Shown: piece after piece, positions 28,369 to 37,745 of the stretch
Numbering within the stretch: the stretch's first letter is position 1
Layout of the letters: each line of letters begins with the position of its first letter
Virus record (IMG/VR): IMGVR_UViG_3300048598_000451
Coordinates: 1 to 57,408 of that record
Direction: 5' to 3' (one strand)
DNA length: 57,408 nt
Source: a virus
Lineage: Duplodnaviria; Caudoviricetes
Translations under genes and position numbers: made by a program
The notes under the pieces: model-generated
Database searches by the model: none
What the model was told of the DNA's origin: nothing
The model's input: only the letters and a program-made list of their open reading frames with translations

Positions 28369-29012
28369 CCATGCTGTTCGTCGCTACCTCGCTCGCCGTG
28401 TGGTCCACGGACGAACCGGAGCGATTCGCCCGCGACTTCCAGATCAACGACACCGTGTACCGGAGGCTCAATCCCGACTACTACGCTTGGTTGCGATCGA
28501 GGATGCTGCTGGCAAAGACGGCCGCCGGCGCAGGCCAGATCAATATCGAAGCCTTTAACGATCTGCGGCAACGCTTCAACGCCATTCACTTCTGGGCTAT
28601 CGAGCACTTCGGCGAGCCAGCACTGCTCGCCGCCGTCCGCAGTCTCGACGTTCGCCAGTACAGCCCGCCTGTCCCGGAGCCCGAGCAACCACGACAAGCC
28701 CTCGCGCCGGCGTGTACGGATCGGAACTCGATTGCCGTCTCGGCTGACTCCGTTGCGCTCGTCGATGAGATCCGCGAGCGCGCGATTGCCCTGGGATGGA
28801 CTCACGAGAGCCTGTACCGCATAGACGGCTCGATGCGTTTCCCACTGGGAAGAGAGTACGGACTGGTGTCCTACCTGAAGCCAGACGACCGCATCGGCGA
28901 GGTGACCACCCATTCGATCGAGATCATCCTGCCCAACAACGTCCGGCAGCGGTTCTACAATCCGAACGTCGACCAGCCATGGATCAAGCGCGTCGGGACC
29001 GAAGAAAAGTGA
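28365..29012 (+). CDS. Hypothetical protein coupled to the primase gene
   Basis: ATGA overlap and GAGGAG SD; 215 aa. Confidence 0.75.
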   Translation: MTMLFVATSLAVWSTDEPERFARDFQINDTVYRRLNPDYYAWLRSRMLLAKTAAGAGQINIEAFNDLRQRFNAIHFWAIEHFGEPALLAAVRSLDVRQYSPPVPEPEQPRQALAPACTDRNSIAVSADSVALVDEIRERAIALGWTHESLYRIDGSMRFPLGREYGLVSYLKPDDRIGEVTTHSIEIILPNNVRQRFYNPNVDQPWIKRVGTEEK

Positions 29013-29182
29013 ATCGGCCTGTGCACAGATTCGAGGCGGATCGCGTATATTACTGGTGAAGGCGCGGTTCGACAGGTAAGCGCAAGGCGCACCCTCCGAA
29101 GGTTCCCTCCCCAACAATCTCCGAGCGCCGGGACTCTCGTGAAACTCCATCCCGCAGGCTTCAAAGCCACCCGTGTCTTCCG

Positions 29183-29503
29183 ATGCCCAAAGGAATTCCC
29201 CTCTACACGTCTGACGGTGAGATCTGCGATTGGATCTCTGAGCAGCGCATGACGCGGCTCGATCGACTTGGGTTGATTCGGGTCGTGCGCCACAAGAAAG
29301 GGCACGTCTCCCGATGCATCCTGCATCGGCGTCCGGGCGAGCCCAAGCCCATGAAGCCCGCCGACTACCTGGGTACGCGATACAGCTATCGCGAACATCT
29401 GGAGAGCGGGAACATCGTCTGGTCCATGAAGCAACTCGGGCGCGGCGAAGAGTTGCGCTCGTTCTTCATGTCGGCGGTCTCGGACTGCCTGGCAAATCCA
29501 TGA
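29183..29503 (+). CDS. Hypothetical protein
   Basis: 106-aa ORF, first after a 170-nt intergenic region that contains TATATT. Confidence 0.6.
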   Translation: MPKGIPLYTSDGEICDWISEQRMTRLDRLGLIRVVRHKKGHVSRCILHRRPGEPKPMKPADYLGTRYSYREHLESGNIVWSMKQLGRGEELRSFFMSAVSDCLANP

Positions 29504-29688
29504 AAGCACGCAAGCGAGGCAAAGGCGGCAGGCATGTTGCCATGGAACGTGGCCTCAGGCCGAGCGGGAGCGGTTGGCCGTTTCGCCGTGAGCTGCGGGA
29601 GTTGGCGTCGCTGTGTTTCAGTGCGCGCCGGCGGCCGGCGCCGTCCGCACCAGCACTCGTGAAGGAGCAGAATCCATGCGAGGCATGA
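29500..29688 (+). CDS. Small basic hypothetical protein
   Basis: ATGA coupling to the previous stop; it fills the gap to the next gene. Confidence 0.4.
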   Translation: MKARKRGKGGRHVAMERGLRPSGSGWPFRRELRELASLCFSARRRPAPSAPALVKEQNPCEA

Positions 29689-29951
29689 TCATGCCCGAGC
29701 GATTGGCCGAGCGCGTCTGCCGGGCACTCGATGTCCCGGCGAAGGACAACGCCGAGAGCATCACCGAGATGCTGCGGACCGCGTTGACCGAGACTCGTGA
29801 CCGCTCCATCGCTGCTGCGAAGACCGTCTGCCTCGAGATCGCCGAAGACGAAGCGGAGCGCTCGCGCGGCGTCGGGGCGACTGCGGCGCAGCAAACAGCG
29901 CTCACGATTGCGGCTCGCGTCCGCAAGCGGCACGTGGAGGTCAAGTCATAG
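29676..29951 (+). CDS. Hypothetical helical protein
   Basis: AAGGAG SD before ATG 29676. Confidence 0.6.
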   Translation: MRGMIMPERLAERVCRALDVPAKDNAESITEMLRTALTETRDRSIAAAKTVCLEIAEDEAERSRGVGATAAQQTALTIAARVRKRHVEVKS

Positions 29952-29958
29952 CAAACAT

Positions 29959-30060
29959 GGGTCCTTCCTGGGGCCGGACGGCCGCGGGTAGACGGATGGC
30001 ACGATTTGGCCAGTGATACGCGAAAAATACCAGTCAACGGCGGTCAACGGAAGGCAACAC
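29959..30060 (+). other. Putative cos/packaging region
   Basis: GGGTCCT (the lambda cosQ sequence) at 29959-29965. GTCAACGG, GTCAACGG and GGCAACAC follow at 10-bp period (30033, 30043, 30053), just before the small terminase gene. Confidence 0.5.
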
Positions 30061-30082
30061 GGTGAAATCTTCTGCCGGCCTG

Positions 30083-30589
30083 ATGAGCCAGGCCGATTAC
30101 GCGCGGCACCGCAACGTAAACCGCTCGCACATCAACCGGTTAGCCAAACGCGGAATCCTGGTGATGCGCGGCAAGTTGGTGGACGTCGCCGCCAGCGACG
30201 CCGTGCTGGACGACAAGCCAGTTGACCAGGTGTTGCCGGAGCAGCACGCTGCGGCTCAGACGCCGCGCGTGGCGTCCGATCTTGCTGGCGGTGCGCCGCA
30301 GCCTGGCAACTTCGCCCAGGCGCGAACCGCGGAGATGGTCTTTCGCGCGCGACTGCGGAAGCTGGAGTTCGAGACCAAGAGCGGGAAGTTCCTGCCCTCC
30401 GACGAGGTCAAGGTCAAGTGGTACACGGTGGCGCGGCAGATCCGAGACAAGTTGCTGGCGCTGCCGGCGAAGTTGGCTCCGCAGTTGGCGGCGTTGAGTG
30501 ACGCACGCGAGGTTCGCGACCTGCTTGATGCCGAGATCGTAGCGATCTTGAAGGCGCTCCAGGAGGAGATCCGTTATCAGCGCTCTTGA
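30083..30589 (+). CDS. terS: Terminase small subunit (Nu1-like)
   Basis: N-terminal HTH MSQADYARHRNVNRSHINRLAKRG and a C-terminal helical region. Precedes terL; alternative GTG at 30062. Confidence 0.8.
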   Translation: MSQADYARHRNVNRSHINRLAKRGILVMRGKLVDVAASDAVLDDKPVDQVLPEQHAAAQTPRVASDLAGGAPQPGNFAQARTAEMVFRARLRKLEFETKSGKFLPSDEVKVKWYTVARQIRDKLLALPAKLAPQLAALSDAREVRDLLDAEIVAILKALQEEIRYQRS

Positions 30590-30605
30590 GGAATGCGTCG
30601 ACCAG

Positions 30606-32426
30606 GTGATCGCCGCGTTCGAACCTCCGCCGCGCCTTACGGTCTCCGGGTGGGCCGATCGGAACCGGCGGCTGTCGCCAGAGGCGTCGGCAGAGGCCGG
30701 CGAGTGGCGGACCGACCGGGCACCCTATCAGAAGGCGCTCCTCGACGCGCTGACTCCAAACAGCCCGTACGAACGGGTCGTGTTCATGTCGTCGAGCCAG
30801 GTTGGGAAGACCGAGTGCCTCAACTCGTTCGTCGGCTACGTGATCGATCAGGATCCGGGGCCCGTGCTGGTAGTGCAGCCGCGCGTTGAAGACGGTGAGT
30901 CGTGGAGCAAGGACCGGCTAGCCCCGATGTTGCGCGATACGCCGTGCCTGCGTGGCAAGGTGGCGGACGTCCGAACCAGGGATTCGAACAACCGAATCCT
31001 GCATAAGCGGTTTCAGGGCGGCAGCATCACCATCGCCGGCGCGAACAGTCCGGCCGGATTGGCGATGCGGCCGATCCGGTACGTGCTGCTCGATGAGGTG
31101 GACCGCTACCCGCCTTCGGCCGGAACCGAGGGCGATCCGATCAGCCTGGCGGTTAAGCGTTCGACGACCTGGTGGAACCGGAAGATTCTGCTGGTCTCAA
31201 CGCCGACCATCAAGGGCGTCAGCCGGATCGAGTCTTGGTGGCTGCGAAGTAACCAGTCGAACTACTGGGTCCCGTGCCCGGAGTGCCAGGGCTTCCAGGT
31301 ACTGGTTTGGCCGAACCTGATCTGGCCGAAGGATCATCCGGAAGAGGCGCGGTACCGATGTGCGCACTGCGAGCGGCTCCTTGAATCCTTTCGGAAGCCC
31401 TGGATGCTGGCGCATGGCGAGTGGCGGTCAGCGAATCCGAAGTCGAAGATCGCTGGCTTCTGGATCAACCAGTTGTACTCGCCGTGGAAGGAATGGCCGG
31501 AGACCGCGATCGAGGGAGTTGAGGCGCGGCACGGTGGCCCGGAGACATGGCGCGCGTTCGTCAACACCGCACTCGGCGAACTGTGGGATGACGAGGCTGA
31601 GACGAGCGTTGATATTGCGACGCTCCTTGCGCGTCGCGAGGATTACGGCCCGAGGCTGCCCGCAGGAGTCTGCTTGCTCACCGCCGGCGTCGACCTGCAG
31701 GTGGATCGCGCCGAAGTGGAGTTGGTCGGCTGGGGCAAGGGTGAAGAATCGTGGTCGATTGAGTACCGCGTGTTTCCGGGAGACCCGAGCGCGCCGGAGT
31801 TGTGGCGGGCCCTCGACGAGTATCTGGGCCGGCAGTGGCTGCATGAGTACGGCATCTCGCTGCCGATCGCTGCGGCTGGGATTGATTCGGGGTTCCACAC
31901 TCAGCAGGTTTACGACTTCTGTCGCGTCCGGTATCACCGGCGGATCTTCGCGCTGAAGGGTAAGGCCGGTCATCTTCCGGTATGGCCGAAGAAGCCGACG
32001 CGGAACACGATCAATCGCACGCCGATGTGGATAGTCGGCGTCGACAGCGCCAAGAGCGTCATCTACGGACGGCTCAAGATCGAGCAGCCATCGCCGGGGT
32101 TCTGTCACTTCCCGGCGGAACGCACGCGGGAGTGGTTCGAGCAACTGCTGTCGGAGACGCTGGTCACTTCCTACTCGCGCGGTGTTCCCGTGCGAGAGTG
32201 GCGGCCGAAGAAAGGCGTGCGGACGGAGGTGCTGGATGCGCGGGTGTACTCCTACGCCGCACTTTGCGGTTTGGTTTCCATGGGCTTGCGGGTGGACATG
32301 GAGGCAGAGCGAGTTGCTGCCCTGCGACCGACAGGCGAGGCCGGCGTCCGTGAGACCGGCGGCCGTGAATCCGGCCGAACAGTTCTAAGAAGCCGATGGC
32401 TCGATTCCGGGCGCCCGGCATTGTGA
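30606..32426 (+). CDS. terL: Terminase large subunit, lambda GpA family
   Basis: SSQVGKTE Walker A, LLDEVDRY Walker B, STPT, CPEC/CAHC, GVDLQ, IDSG and EVLDARVY. The true start may be about 30 nt upstream. Confidence 0.92.
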   Translation: MIAAFEPPPRLTVSGWADRNRRLSPEASAEAGEWRTDRAPYQKALLDALTPNSPYERVVFMSSSQVGKTECLNSFVGYVIDQDPGPVLVVQPRVEDGESWSKDRLAPMLRDTPCLRGKVADVRTRDSNNRILHKRFQGGSITIAGANSPAGLAMRPIRYVLLDEVDRYPPSAGTEGDPISLAVKRSTTWWNRKILLVSTPTIKGVSRIESWWLRSNQSNYWVPCPECQGFQVLVWPNLIWPKDHPEEARYRCAHCERLLESFRKPWMLAHGEWRSANPKSKIAGFWINQLYSPWKEWPETAIEGVEARHGGPETWRAFVNTALGELWDDEAETSVDIATLLARREDYGPRLPAGVCLLTAGVDLQVDRAEVELVGWGKGEESWSIEYRVFPGDPSAPELWRALDEYLGRQWLHEYGISLPIAAAGIDSGFHTQQVYDFCRVRYHRRIFALKGKAGHLPVWPKKPTRNTINRTPMWIVGVDSAKSVIYGRLKIEQPSPGFCHFPAERTREWFEQLLSETLVTSYSRGVPVREWRPKKGVRTEVLDARVYSYAALCGLVSMGLRVDMEAERVAALRPTGEAGVRETGGRESGRTVLRSRWLDSGRPAL

Positions 32427-32439
32427 TTGGAGGTTCTTC

Positions 32440-32799
32440 GTGGCGGATTCAGCATCGTTGCAGGCACGGTCGTTTGGCAAGGTTGCAGTGCCAACGCCCG
32501 GTACGCCTGTGAGGCTTACGGCGGACCAGACGCTTCGCGTGAGCCGTTTACGCTTCGCTCCCGCCATTGGTGAGGTCGGGCGGGTTTTCGTGGGCGTCGC
32601 CGGCATGAACAAAGGCAACGGCACTGGCGTGATCAAGGAGTTCTGGCCGACCGGTGCGGGCGGCGGTGTTTCCGATGAGTTTGTGATTGACTCGCCCAAC
32701 GGCGAGTTGCGGCCTGCGGATTACTACATTGACGCCAACACGGCGGGCGAGGGTTTAATCGTTGCCTACTGGATCTGGGTCCCGTCGTTCAACAGTTGA
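32440..32799 (+). CDS. Hypothetical beta-rich phage protein
   Basis: GGAGG SD before GTG; 119 aa. Confidence 0.7.
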   Translation: MADSASLQARSFGKVAVPTPGTPVRLTADQTLRVSRLRFAPAIGEVGRVFVGVAGMNKGNGTGVIKEFWPTGAGGGVSDEFVIDSPNGELRPADYYIDANTAGEGLIVAYWIWVPSFNS

Positions 32800-32815
32800 T
32801 CCCGTGGCTCCCTCG

Positions 32816-34321
32816 ATGGTGAATCGGATCGAGTTGTGGCCGGTCGATCGGCTGGTGCCATACGAGCGAAATGCGCGGAAGCATTCGGCGAGCCAGGTGG
32901 CGCAGATCGCGGCGAGCATCGTGGAGTTCGGTTTCAACGCGCCCATCCTGGTGGACTCGAATGCCGGCATCATCGCCGGGCACGGGCGACTGATGGCCGC
33001 GCGCAAGCTGGGCTTGGCACAGGTTCCGGTGATTGTTCTGGACCATCTGAGCGAGACCCAGAAACGGGCCTACATTATCGCGGACAACAAGCTCACGGAG
33101 TTGGGCGGGTGGGACGCCGAGGCGCTCAGCGTCGAGCTGAAGGACCTGCAGGAAGCCGAGTTCGATCTCGACCTGCTGGGTTTCAGCGATCGCGAGATCG
33201 AGGCTCTGGTTGGTGGAGCCACGCTCGAACCGACAGTCGGTGATGACGACGAAGACGAAGTACCTGAGGCGCCGGCGGAGCCGGTCACGCGGCCCGGTGA
33301 CGTTTGGGTGATCGGGAGGCACAGGCTGCTCTGCGGGGACTGCCGGGATGCCGCAACAGTGGCGAGGCTGCTGGATGCAACGAAGGCGCACATGGTGATT
33401 ACATCGCCGCCGTATGCGACGCAGAGGGAATACGATCCGGCGAGCGGCTTCAAGCCCGTCGCACCGGAAGAGTACATCGAGTGGTACCGGGCGGTGGCTG
33501 ACAACATCCAGACCATCCTGGCGGCCGACGGATCCTACTTCCTGAACATCAAAGAGCACGCCGCCGATGGTGAACGCCACCTCTACGTAAAGGATCTGGT
33601 CATTGCGCATAAGCGGAAATGGGGCTGGCGTTTCGTCGATGAGTTCTGCTGGCGTAAGACCGACAACGGCGTGCCTGGCGGCTGGGGCAATCGCTTCAAG
33701 AACGCCTGGGAGCCGGTGTTTCATTTCTGCCGGCAACCGGAGATCAAGTTCCGACCCAAGGCAGTCGGCCATGTTTCCGAGGACTGCTTCGATTACTCGC
33801 CGAACAATCCGAAGTCGACATCCGGCAGCGGGCTGCTCGGCACGGGCGCGCGCGGGTCCGCGGCGGCGCAGTCTGGTGCGGACGACGAGGACGGCAGGTT
33901 TACCGGGATTGCCCGGCCCAGCAACGTAGTCGAGGTGAAGTCTGAGAGTGGGCAAGGCTCGCACTCGGCTCCCTTCCCTCGGGCGTTGGTCGAGTTCTTC
34001 CTGAAGGCGTTCTCCGATTCAGACGACATCGTCTTCGACCCGTTCCTGGGGAGCGGCACGACAATGGCCGCTGCGCATTCTCTCGGCCGTGTCGGTTTCG
34101 GGATCGAGATCAGCCCCGCGTATTGCGACGTCATCCTGCGTCGGATGGCGAACCTCGCCGGCGAGGAGGCCGTCCTCGTCGAAACGGGCCAGAGCATTTC
34201 AGATGTCGCGGCCGCGCGCAGCGTGCCGCAAGAGCAAGTCGATAACCCAAGGCTTCGTGATTCACGCCGGATTCAGCATCATGGTCCGGCGCCTTGCTAC
34301 GGGAGCCGTCAGGCTTCCTAA
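32816..34321 (+). CDS. ParB-N-fused DNA methyltransferase, SPPY type (likely m4C)
   Basis: PYERNARKHS...IIAGHGRL ParB-like domain, ITSPPY and DPFLGSGTT. Alternative GTG at 32804. Confidence 0.85.
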   Translation: MVNRIELWPVDRLVPYERNARKHSASQVAQIAASIVEFGFNAPILVDSNAGIIAGHGRLMAARKLGLAQVPVIVLDHLSETQKRAYIIADNKLTELGGWDAEALSVELKDLQEAEFDLDLLGFSDREIEALVGGATLEPTVGDDDEDEVPEAPAEPVTRPGDVWVIGRHRLLCGDCRDAATVARLLDATKAHMVITSPPYATQREYDPASGFKPVAPEEYIEWYRAVADNIQTILAADGSYFLNIKEHAADGERHLYVKDLVIAHKRKWGWRFVDEFCWRKTDNGVPGGWGNRFKNAWEPVFHFCRQPEIKFRPKAVGHVSEDCFDYSPNNPKSTSGSGLLGTGARGSAAAQSGADDEDGRFTGIARPSNVVEVKSESGQGSHSAPFPRALVEFFLKAFSDSDDIVFDPFLGSGTTMAAAHSLGRVGFGIEISPAYCDVILRRMANLAGEEAVLVETGQSISDVAAARSVPQEQVDNPRLRDSRRIQHHGPAPCYGSRQAS

Positions 34322-34367
34322 CCAAACTGCAGTTCATTCCATTCGATCGAACAAGGAGAAAACCAGC

Positions 34368-34922
34368 ATGCCCGAAGTAGCCACGCCCAACCAGGCCGAA
34401 CGCGAGTTCGAGACCGGGACGGACGAAGCTTTCAAGAACGCCAACGCCACCGGCAGCGCCACGCACAACGAGAATCAGCGCGTGACGTATGCCAACATCA
34501 AGCGCACCTACGACGTCTACCAGGACCTGGACATCCAGGCCGCACGGCAGGCGATGATCGAGCAGACGCGGCTGAACCAGATCGCCTCCCAGGCGCTGCA
34601 GAACGCCGTCGAGACCGCCAACATCGTCGGCAAGCGCAACCTCGAACTCAACAACCTGGCGCACGATTCCTTCTGGAATCCCGTCGCCAGCGGTGCCGGA
34701 ATGAACCTCACTGCCGGTGCCGTTCCCGCCAACCGCGCCACGGACGTGAGCGCCGCCGGCGTGGGCGTCGACGCGCAGGCCGTGGCCGCCGCCGTCGCCA
34801 AACAGGTCGACGCGACCATCACGCCGGTGCTCGCCACTCTGCAGCAGATCGTCCAGGCCCTGACCACCGCGACCACGGCGATCGCCAACACCGTCAACCA
34901 GGCGCAGCCCAAGAGCGCCTGA
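34368..34922 (+). CDS. Ala/Gln/Thr/Asn-rich hypothetical protein
   Basis: Strong AAGGAG SD, strongly GC3-biased codons and its own terminator. Confidence 0.8.
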   Translation: MPEVATPNQAEREFETGTDEAFKNANATGSATHNENQRVTYANIKRTYDVYQDLDIQAARQAMIEQTRLNQIASQALQNAVETANIVGKRNLELNNLAHDSFWNPVASGAGMNLTAGAVPANRATDVSAAGVGVDAQAVAAAVAKQVDATITPVLATLQQIVQALTTATTAIANTVNQAQPKSA

Positions 34923-34938
34923 GCCACTCCTCCGACCT

Positions 34939-34969
34939 GGGGCGGTTCCGTCGAGCCGCCCCGATTTTT
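34939..34969 (+). terminator. Rho-independent terminator
   Basis: GGGGCGGTTC-cgtc-GAGCCGCCCC hairpin followed by GATTTTT. Confidence 0.75.
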
Positions 34970-34987
34970 CACTGGAGCCGAAACCCG

Positions 34988-35266
34988 ATGAATATACTCC
35001 TCCTCATCCTGAAGATCTTCCCTCTGGTCCTGGCGGCGGTTCAGGCCGTCGAGCAAGCAATTCCGCTGCCCGGCCAGGGAAACAAGAAGCTGGAACTCGT
35101 GCTCGAGGTGCTCAAGTCGGCCTACGACGGGAGCACGGACCTGGCGAAGCAGTTCAGTTGGGACAAACTGGTCGCTGTGGTTGTGCCGATGATTGCCAAG
35201 ATCGTCGATCTGCACAACACGCTGGGCCTCTTCCCGAAGTCGACTCCTTCCGCGAGCAAAGCATGA
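34988..35266 (+). CDS. Small membrane protein, holin-like
   Basis: Hydrophobic N-terminus, then AVQAVEQ...GQGNKKLELV; GGAG SD. Confidence 0.55.
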   Translation: MNILLLILKIFPLVLAAVQAVEQAIPLPGQGNKKLELVLEVLKSAYDGSTDLAKQFSWDKLVAVVVPMIAKIVDLHNTLGLFPKSTPSASKA

Positions 35267-36519
35267 CCGAACTGCAGGTGGTGCGCTGGCCGGTCGAAAG
35301 GCTGATCCCCTACGCCCGGAATGCACGCACGCATAGTGACGAACAGGTCGCCCAGATCGCGGCGTCGATCGCCGAGTTCGGGTGGACCAACCCCATCGTT
35401 GCCGGGTCTGACGGGATCGTCATCGCCGGCCACGCCCGCCTGCAGGCGGCTCGCAAACTGGGCATGACCGAAGTTCCGGTCATCGTCCTCGATCATCTGA
35501 ACGAAACGCAACGGCGCGCGCTTGTTTTGGCCGATAACCGCCTGGCTCTGAACGCCGGTTGGGACGAAGAGATGCTCCGCGTCGAACTCACCGCGCTCGA
35601 GGAGGAGGGTTTCAACCTCGACGTGGTCGGATTCACGGACGCCGAGTTGGAGGATCTGCTTCGCGACGCGGATACGGTGACGCCCGGCGGAACCGATGAA
35701 GATGCCGTGCCGGAGGCGCCGGAATCCGCCGTCACCGCTCCCGGAGATGTTTGGCTGTTGGGCGACCACCGACTGCTATGCGGTGACTCCGTCCAGCTAG
35801 ATGTCGTGGAGAAGGTGCTGGCCGGCGGCCTGGCCGATATGGTCTTCACGGATCCTCCGTACAACGTGAACTACGGCGCGACGATGAAGGACAAACTGCG
35901 CGGCAAGAAACGGAAGATCGCCAACGACAATCTCGGCGATGGCTTCGAGCAGTTCCTTCGCGATGTCTGCGCCAACCTGCTGGCATTGACCAAGGGCGCG
36001 ATCTACGTCTGCATGTCTTCGTCCGAACTCCACACCCTCCATCGGGCTTTCACCGAGAGCGGCGGGCACTGGTCCACTTTCGTCATTTGGGCCAAGAACA
36101 CTTTCACGATGGGACGTTCGGATTATCAACGCCAGTACGAGCCGATTCTCTATGGCTGGAAGGTAGGCACCGATCATTTCTGGTGCGGCGCCCGTGACCA
36201 AGGCGACGTCTGGCTCGTGAAAAAGCCAGTCGCGAACGATCTTCATCCGACCATGAAGCCGGTCGAACTGGTCGAGCGTGCTGTCCGGAACAGCAGCAAA
36301 AGCCGGGACACGGTGCTAGATCCGTTCGGCGGTTCCGGCTCGACGCTGATCGCCTGCGAGCGGTCCGGTCGCCAGGCCCGCCTGATCGAGCTGGAGCCGA
36401 AGTACTGCGACGTAATCGTCAGGCGCTTCCAGGAGTACGCCGGCAAAGTGGCAACCCTCGAAGCTGATGGCCGCCCGTTTGCGGACGTCGCCGCGGAGCG
36501 ATTGGGAGTCGCCGCATGA
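35263..36519 (+). CDS. ParB-N-fused DNA methyltransferase, DPPY type (likely m6A)
   Basis: PYARNARTHS ParB-like domain, FTDPPYN, HPTMKPVEL and DPFGGSGST. Confidence 0.9.
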   Translation: MTELQVVRWPVERLIPYARNARTHSDEQVAQIAASIAEFGWTNPIVAGSDGIVIAGHARLQAARKLGMTEVPVIVLDHLNETQRRALVLADNRLALNAGWDEEMLRVELTALEEEGFNLDVVGFTDAELEDLLRDADTVTPGGTDEDAVPEAPESAVTAPGDVWLLGDHRLLCGDSVQLDVVEKVLAGGLADMVFTDPPYNVNYGATMKDKLRGKKRKIANDNLGDGFEQFLRDVCANLLALTKGAIYVCMSSSELHTLHRAFTESGGHWSTFVIWAKNTFTMGRSDYQRQYEPILYGWKVGTDHFWCGARDQGDVWLVKKPVANDLHPTMKPVELVERAVRNSSKSRDTVLDPFGGSGSTLIACERSGRQARLIELEPKYCDVIVRRFQEYAGKVATLEADGRPFADVAAERLGVAA

Positions 36520-36647
36520 ATAGAACGGTGCCACCGGGAGCTGGCCCAAATCGAAGCCGAGCTCCGCGCAGGACATCCCGACATCCAAGGCCTCTGTCTC
36601 GCTCTGTCGGACTGGTCCGCCGAGTTGCGCATCCTTAAGAATTTGCC

Positions 36648-36911
36648 ATGGAAAACCACGTTCTACTTCAAGTCCTGATCGCGGCCATCGGGCTGGTGTC
36701 CGGCCTGATCGGGGCGTACGTCAGCCTCCAGAATCGCGCCCTGCTTGCCGAGGTGCGCCGGGAACTGGCGGAGTTGGAGAACCGGATCATCACCCGGATC
36801 AACGGCACCTATGTGCGCGCTGGCGAGTGTCATCTCCGCGAGGAGAACATGCACGCACGACTTGAGGCTCTGGTGGAAGAGATCCGGAACAGAAACGCCG
36901 CCGGATTGTGA
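36648..36911 (+). CDS. Single-TM coiled-coil small protein (lysis accessory-like)
   Basis: N-terminal TM VLIAAIGLVSGLIGAYV followed by an amphipathic helix. Confidence 0.6.
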   Translation: MENHVLLQVLIAAIGLVSGLIGAYVSLQNRALLAEVRRELAELENRIITRINGTYVRAGECHLREENMHARLEALVEEIRNRNAAGL

Positions 36912-36921
36912 GCCCGGCGGC
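36888..36921 (-). terminator. Terminator for the antisense three-gene cassette
   Basis: GCCGCCGG/CCGGCGGC 8-bp stem (36897-36904 with 36914-36921), followed on the minus strand by GTTTCTGTT. Confidence 0.55.
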
Positions 36922-36940
36922 ATTGGGAGGCGGGGCTTGC

Positions 36941-37501
36941 TTACTGGGCGACCCGGTAGGCCCGGTCGCCGCTCTCGGATTTGAAGGACTCGACGCTGAT
37001 GCCCATCTTCTTGGAGAGGCTGCCGGAGATGAAACCGCGGACGCTGTGCGCCTGCCAGCCAGTGGCGGACATGATGTCGGCGAGAGTCGCGCCAGCCGGG
37101 CGATTGAGCATGTCGAGGACGATGGCCTTCTTGCTGCCCTCGCGCGCCCCTTTGGGCCCCGTGGCGTCGTCCTTCGGCTTGGCCTCCTTGGTCGCCTTGG
37201 CCTTCTTCGGCGCGACGGGGGCGGCCTGTGGCGCCGGGGTGGGCGTCAGGGCTTGGACCGCCTTCCAGATGCGGGCGACTGCCGTCTTGCGGTCGGTGAA
37301 CTTTTTGACCGGCTTGAGGTCGCCAAACGGCGGCGCGCCGGCCAAGCTGTTCCAGACCTCGACCAGGCGGTCGGTGGGCCAGGTGGCGGCGAGCTTGGCA
37401 AGCTCCTTCTCCCTGGCGAATCGGGCCTGCTCCTCAGGGATGGCGTCCCCGGCAGCGTAGGCGGTGATGGTGTTGTCGGTGTCGATGGCAAACGTCGTCA
37501 T
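36941..37501 (-). CDS. DUF3489-domain (wHTH) protein
   Basis: REGSKKAIVLDMLNRPAGATLADIMSATGWQAHSVRGFISG signature; AAGGA SD. Confidence 0.85.
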   Translation of the reverse strand: MTTFAIDTDNTITAYAAGDAIPEEQARFAREKELAKLAATWPTDRLVEVWNSLAGAPPFGDLKPVKKFTDRKTAVARIWKAVQALTPTPAPQAAPVAPKKAKATKEAKPKDDATGPKGAREGSKKAIVLDMLNRPAGATLADIMSATGWQAHSVRGFISGSLSKKMGISVESFKSESGDRAYRVAQ

Positions 37502-37515
37502 GGTGGTGTTCCTTT

Positions 37516-37743
37516 CTATCGGTTCATGCCGGCGAGCTTGTCGTCGGCGGCTAGGTGCAAGTTCTTGAGATAGCCGCTGGCCAGGCGTGCCCAGCCAAAC
37601 GGCGTCGAGATTTCGTGGCGCGCGGCGATGCGGCTCAACTTGATCCGGTGCGTGCCGTTGTCGAACTCCTTCTTGAGGTGGCCCCAGCGGTCGAGCGTCC
37701 AGCCGTTCCGCGTGGCCCAGGCGATCAGTTCGTCGCGGGTCAT
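37516..37743 (-). CDS. Small hypothetical protein
   Basis: 75 aa, in an operon with its neighbours (2-nt and 14-nt gaps); GGAG SD. Confidence 0.7.
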   Translation of the reverse strand: MTRDELIAWATRNGWTLDRWGHLKKEFDNGTHRIKLSRIAARHEISTPFGWARLASGYLKNLHLAADDKLAGMNR

Positions 37744-37745
37744 GT

